From positions 2,304,001-2,368,000 of the forward strand of contig CAWGMQ010000010.1 of the NCBI GenBank assembly GCA_963823665.1: 64,000 nt of DNA, written 5' to 3'. Below the pieces are notes generated by a model. It saw nothing but the letters and a program-made list of their open reading frames with translations, was not told the origin of the DNA and ran no database searches. A program made the translations under genes and the position numbers. Shown piece after piece: positions 62,495 through 64,000 of the stretch (the stretch's first letter is position 1; every line of letters starts with the position of its first letter). Source of the DNA: an uncultured Planctomycetota bacterium (GTDB lineage Bacteria; Planctomycetota; Planctomycetia; Isosphaerales; Isosphaeraceae).

Positions 62495-62543
62495 GACGCG
62501 GAGCGCCTTGTGGATTCATTCCCAGGCAGAGCGTGGGAACGAG
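62495..62543. repeat. Bipartite REP-like palindrome after fusA
   Basis: gacgcggagcgcc ... attcccaggc-aga-gcgtgggaacgag; same family as 50406-50449. Confidence 0.65.
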
Positions 62544-62726
62544 ATAGCGGCGGCACGTCCGCCGGAGGATCGCGCTCGGCGACGGACGCTTGATTGTCTA
62601 ATCCCGGCAGTTCTGACGGTGTCTTCTCGTGCTGGCGGGCGGACCGCCTAATTCCTTCGGAAGGGTGTTGCGAGCACCCTTACGATTGTCGTATGATGGC
62701 GCGCCAACGTCGAATTGGAGCCAACC

Positions 62727-63761
62727 ATGCGTCGTCGTCAACGTCTCGGGTTCACATTGATTGAACTGCTGGTCGTGATCGCGATCATTGCGATTCTGAT
62801 CGCGCTCTTGCTGCCGGCCGTGCAGGCTGCTCGGGAGGCGGCCCGGCGGATGCAGTGTTCCAATAATGTCAAGCAGCTCGGTCTGGCGGTCCACAACTAT
62901 GAGCTGTCGCTGGGCGGCCTGCCTCCTTCCGCGATCGTGGTTTCACCCTCACCGGGAACGCTCTGGACCAGCGACTTCGGCATATTCGCCCGCATCCTTC
63001 CGCACATCGAGCAAGGGAACATCTACAACTCGATCAACCTGAATTCGAGCTACGGCGACCCTGGCAACATGACGGCAACCGCGCCGGCGATCAACACGTT
63101 TATCTGCCCAAGCGAGGTTCGGTCGGACCGGGAAAACAACGCGACGTTCGGGATCGTGGGGCCAACCAACTATGGCTTCTGTCTGGGCGACTGGTTCGTC
63201 TGGGCCGGGCCAGCGCCGGGAGGGCCGGTCACGCGGAGCGCTTTTGGGCCGAACCTCAGCCGGCGCTGGGCTGCGTTCACGGATGGCCTGAGCCTGACCA
63301 TGCTGCTGGCCGAGGTCAAGAACTGGCAGCCGTACATTCGCGACTGCGGAATTCTGTCACAGATCAACAACCCGGCGAATATTCCGAGCCCCTACGCCGA
63401 CCCGGCAACCGTCTGTCCCGAGTATCAGGGCACCGGCTGCGCCTACCACCTGGAGGGCCACTGCGAATGGCCTGAAGTGGCCGTTCAGCATATCGGCATG
63501 ACAACCGCGTGGCCGCCAAACAAGCAGACGCCGGGGGAGCCCGGCTATTCCACTCCCGATATGGATATCACCAGTGAACGAGAGCGGATCGGCGGCCCGA
63601 CGTTTGCAGCGATCACGGCGCGCAGCTACCATCCCGGCGGCGTCAACATCCTGGTCGGCGACGGCAGCGTGCGGTTCGTCAAAAGCTCCATCGACGGGTT
63701 CGTGTGGCGAGCGCTGGGCACTGTTGCCGGCGGCGAGGTGCTGAGCACCGACGCGTACTGA
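62727..63761 (+). CDS. DUF1559 prepilin-type N-methylation / H-X9-DG protein
   Basis: GFTLIELLVVIAII, PAVQAAREAARRMQCSNN, TDGLS, HPGGVNILVGDGSVRF. Confidence 0.95.
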   Translation: MRRRQRLGFTLIELLVVIAIIAILIALLLPAVQAAREAARRMQCSNNVKQLGLAVHNYELSLGGLPPSAIVVSPSPGTLWTSDFGIFARILPHIEQGNIYNSINLNSSYGDPGNMTATAPAINTFICPSEVRSDRENNATFGIVGPTNYGFCLGDWFVWAGPAPGGPVTRSAFGPNLSRRWAAFTDGLSLTMLLAEVKNWQPYIRDCGILSQINNPANIPSPYADPATVCPEYQGTGCAYHLEGHCEWPEVAVQHIGMTTAWPPNKQTPGEPGYSTPDMDITSERERIGGPTFAAITARSYHPGGVNILVGDGSVRFVKSSIDGFVWRALGTVAGGEVLSTDAY

Positions 63762-63789
63762 CGGGTCGAGTCAAGCCGGAGACCGATTC

Positions 63790-64000
63790 ATGCGTCGGCT
63801 CGTGATGGGCCCGATCCTGCTGGCCTTCATGGTGGGTTGTGTGGGATGTGGCCGGCCCGCCGCTGAGACTCGCTACGATTCCGATGGAGCGCGGACGGCA
63901 CTCATCGCGGCGCTCGACGCGTGGCAGAAAGGCGATGCGAAATCGCTGGCGAAGCGCGAACCGCCGATCCGCTTCGTGGATGACGATCTGCTGTCGGGCC
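63790..64000 (+). CDS. Lipoprotein partner of DUF1559, truncated by the window end
   Basis: MRRLVMGPILLAFMVGCVGC lipobox; ALIAALDAWQKG...PPIRFVDDD. Confidence 0.75.
   Translation, partial: MRRLVMGPILLAFMVGCVGCGRPAAETRYDSDGARTALIAALDAWQKGDAKSLAKREPPIRFVDDDLLSG

Overview
GC-rich bacterial DNA, very probably from a planctomycete (Isosphaeraceae-like). The evidence is two DUF1559/H-X9-DG prepilin-type genes with partner lipoproteins, ECF sigma plus Ser/Thr kinase modules, and planctomycete-type palindromic repeats. About 0.7-35.6 kb is a large, orientation-scrambled surface-glycan locus. It holds wecE, wecB, about 10 glycosyltransferases (including a duplicated two-gene cassette and apparently dead or half-domain GTs), two GT-C-like membrane proteins, a sulfotransferase with a heptad-repeat coiled coil, an AlgJ/AlgX-type acetyltransferase, an ATP-grasp enzyme, a PhyH-type dioxygenase, a WbsX/GH99-like protein, five methyltransferase-like genes and an inserted DUF1016 (YhcG) nuclease gene carrying two near-perfect palindromes inside its coding sequence. 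From 35.7-45.6 kb is accessory: a REP-associated tyrosine transposase with an in-frame TAG flanked by REP arrays, a CehA/McbA-type metallohydrolase, two ECF sigmas, a kinase and a mosaic of toxin-antitoxin pieces. From 45.7-64 kb is mostly housekeeping: AsmA-like, TPR, clpC, MMPL, RlmN-like, htrA, PIN/TRAM, HIT, a degenerate S26-like protein, fusA and DUF1559. Many genes, including clpC and fusA, carry frameshifts that most likely reflect long-read or assembly indels. All calls come from motif recognition by eye; no database search was run.
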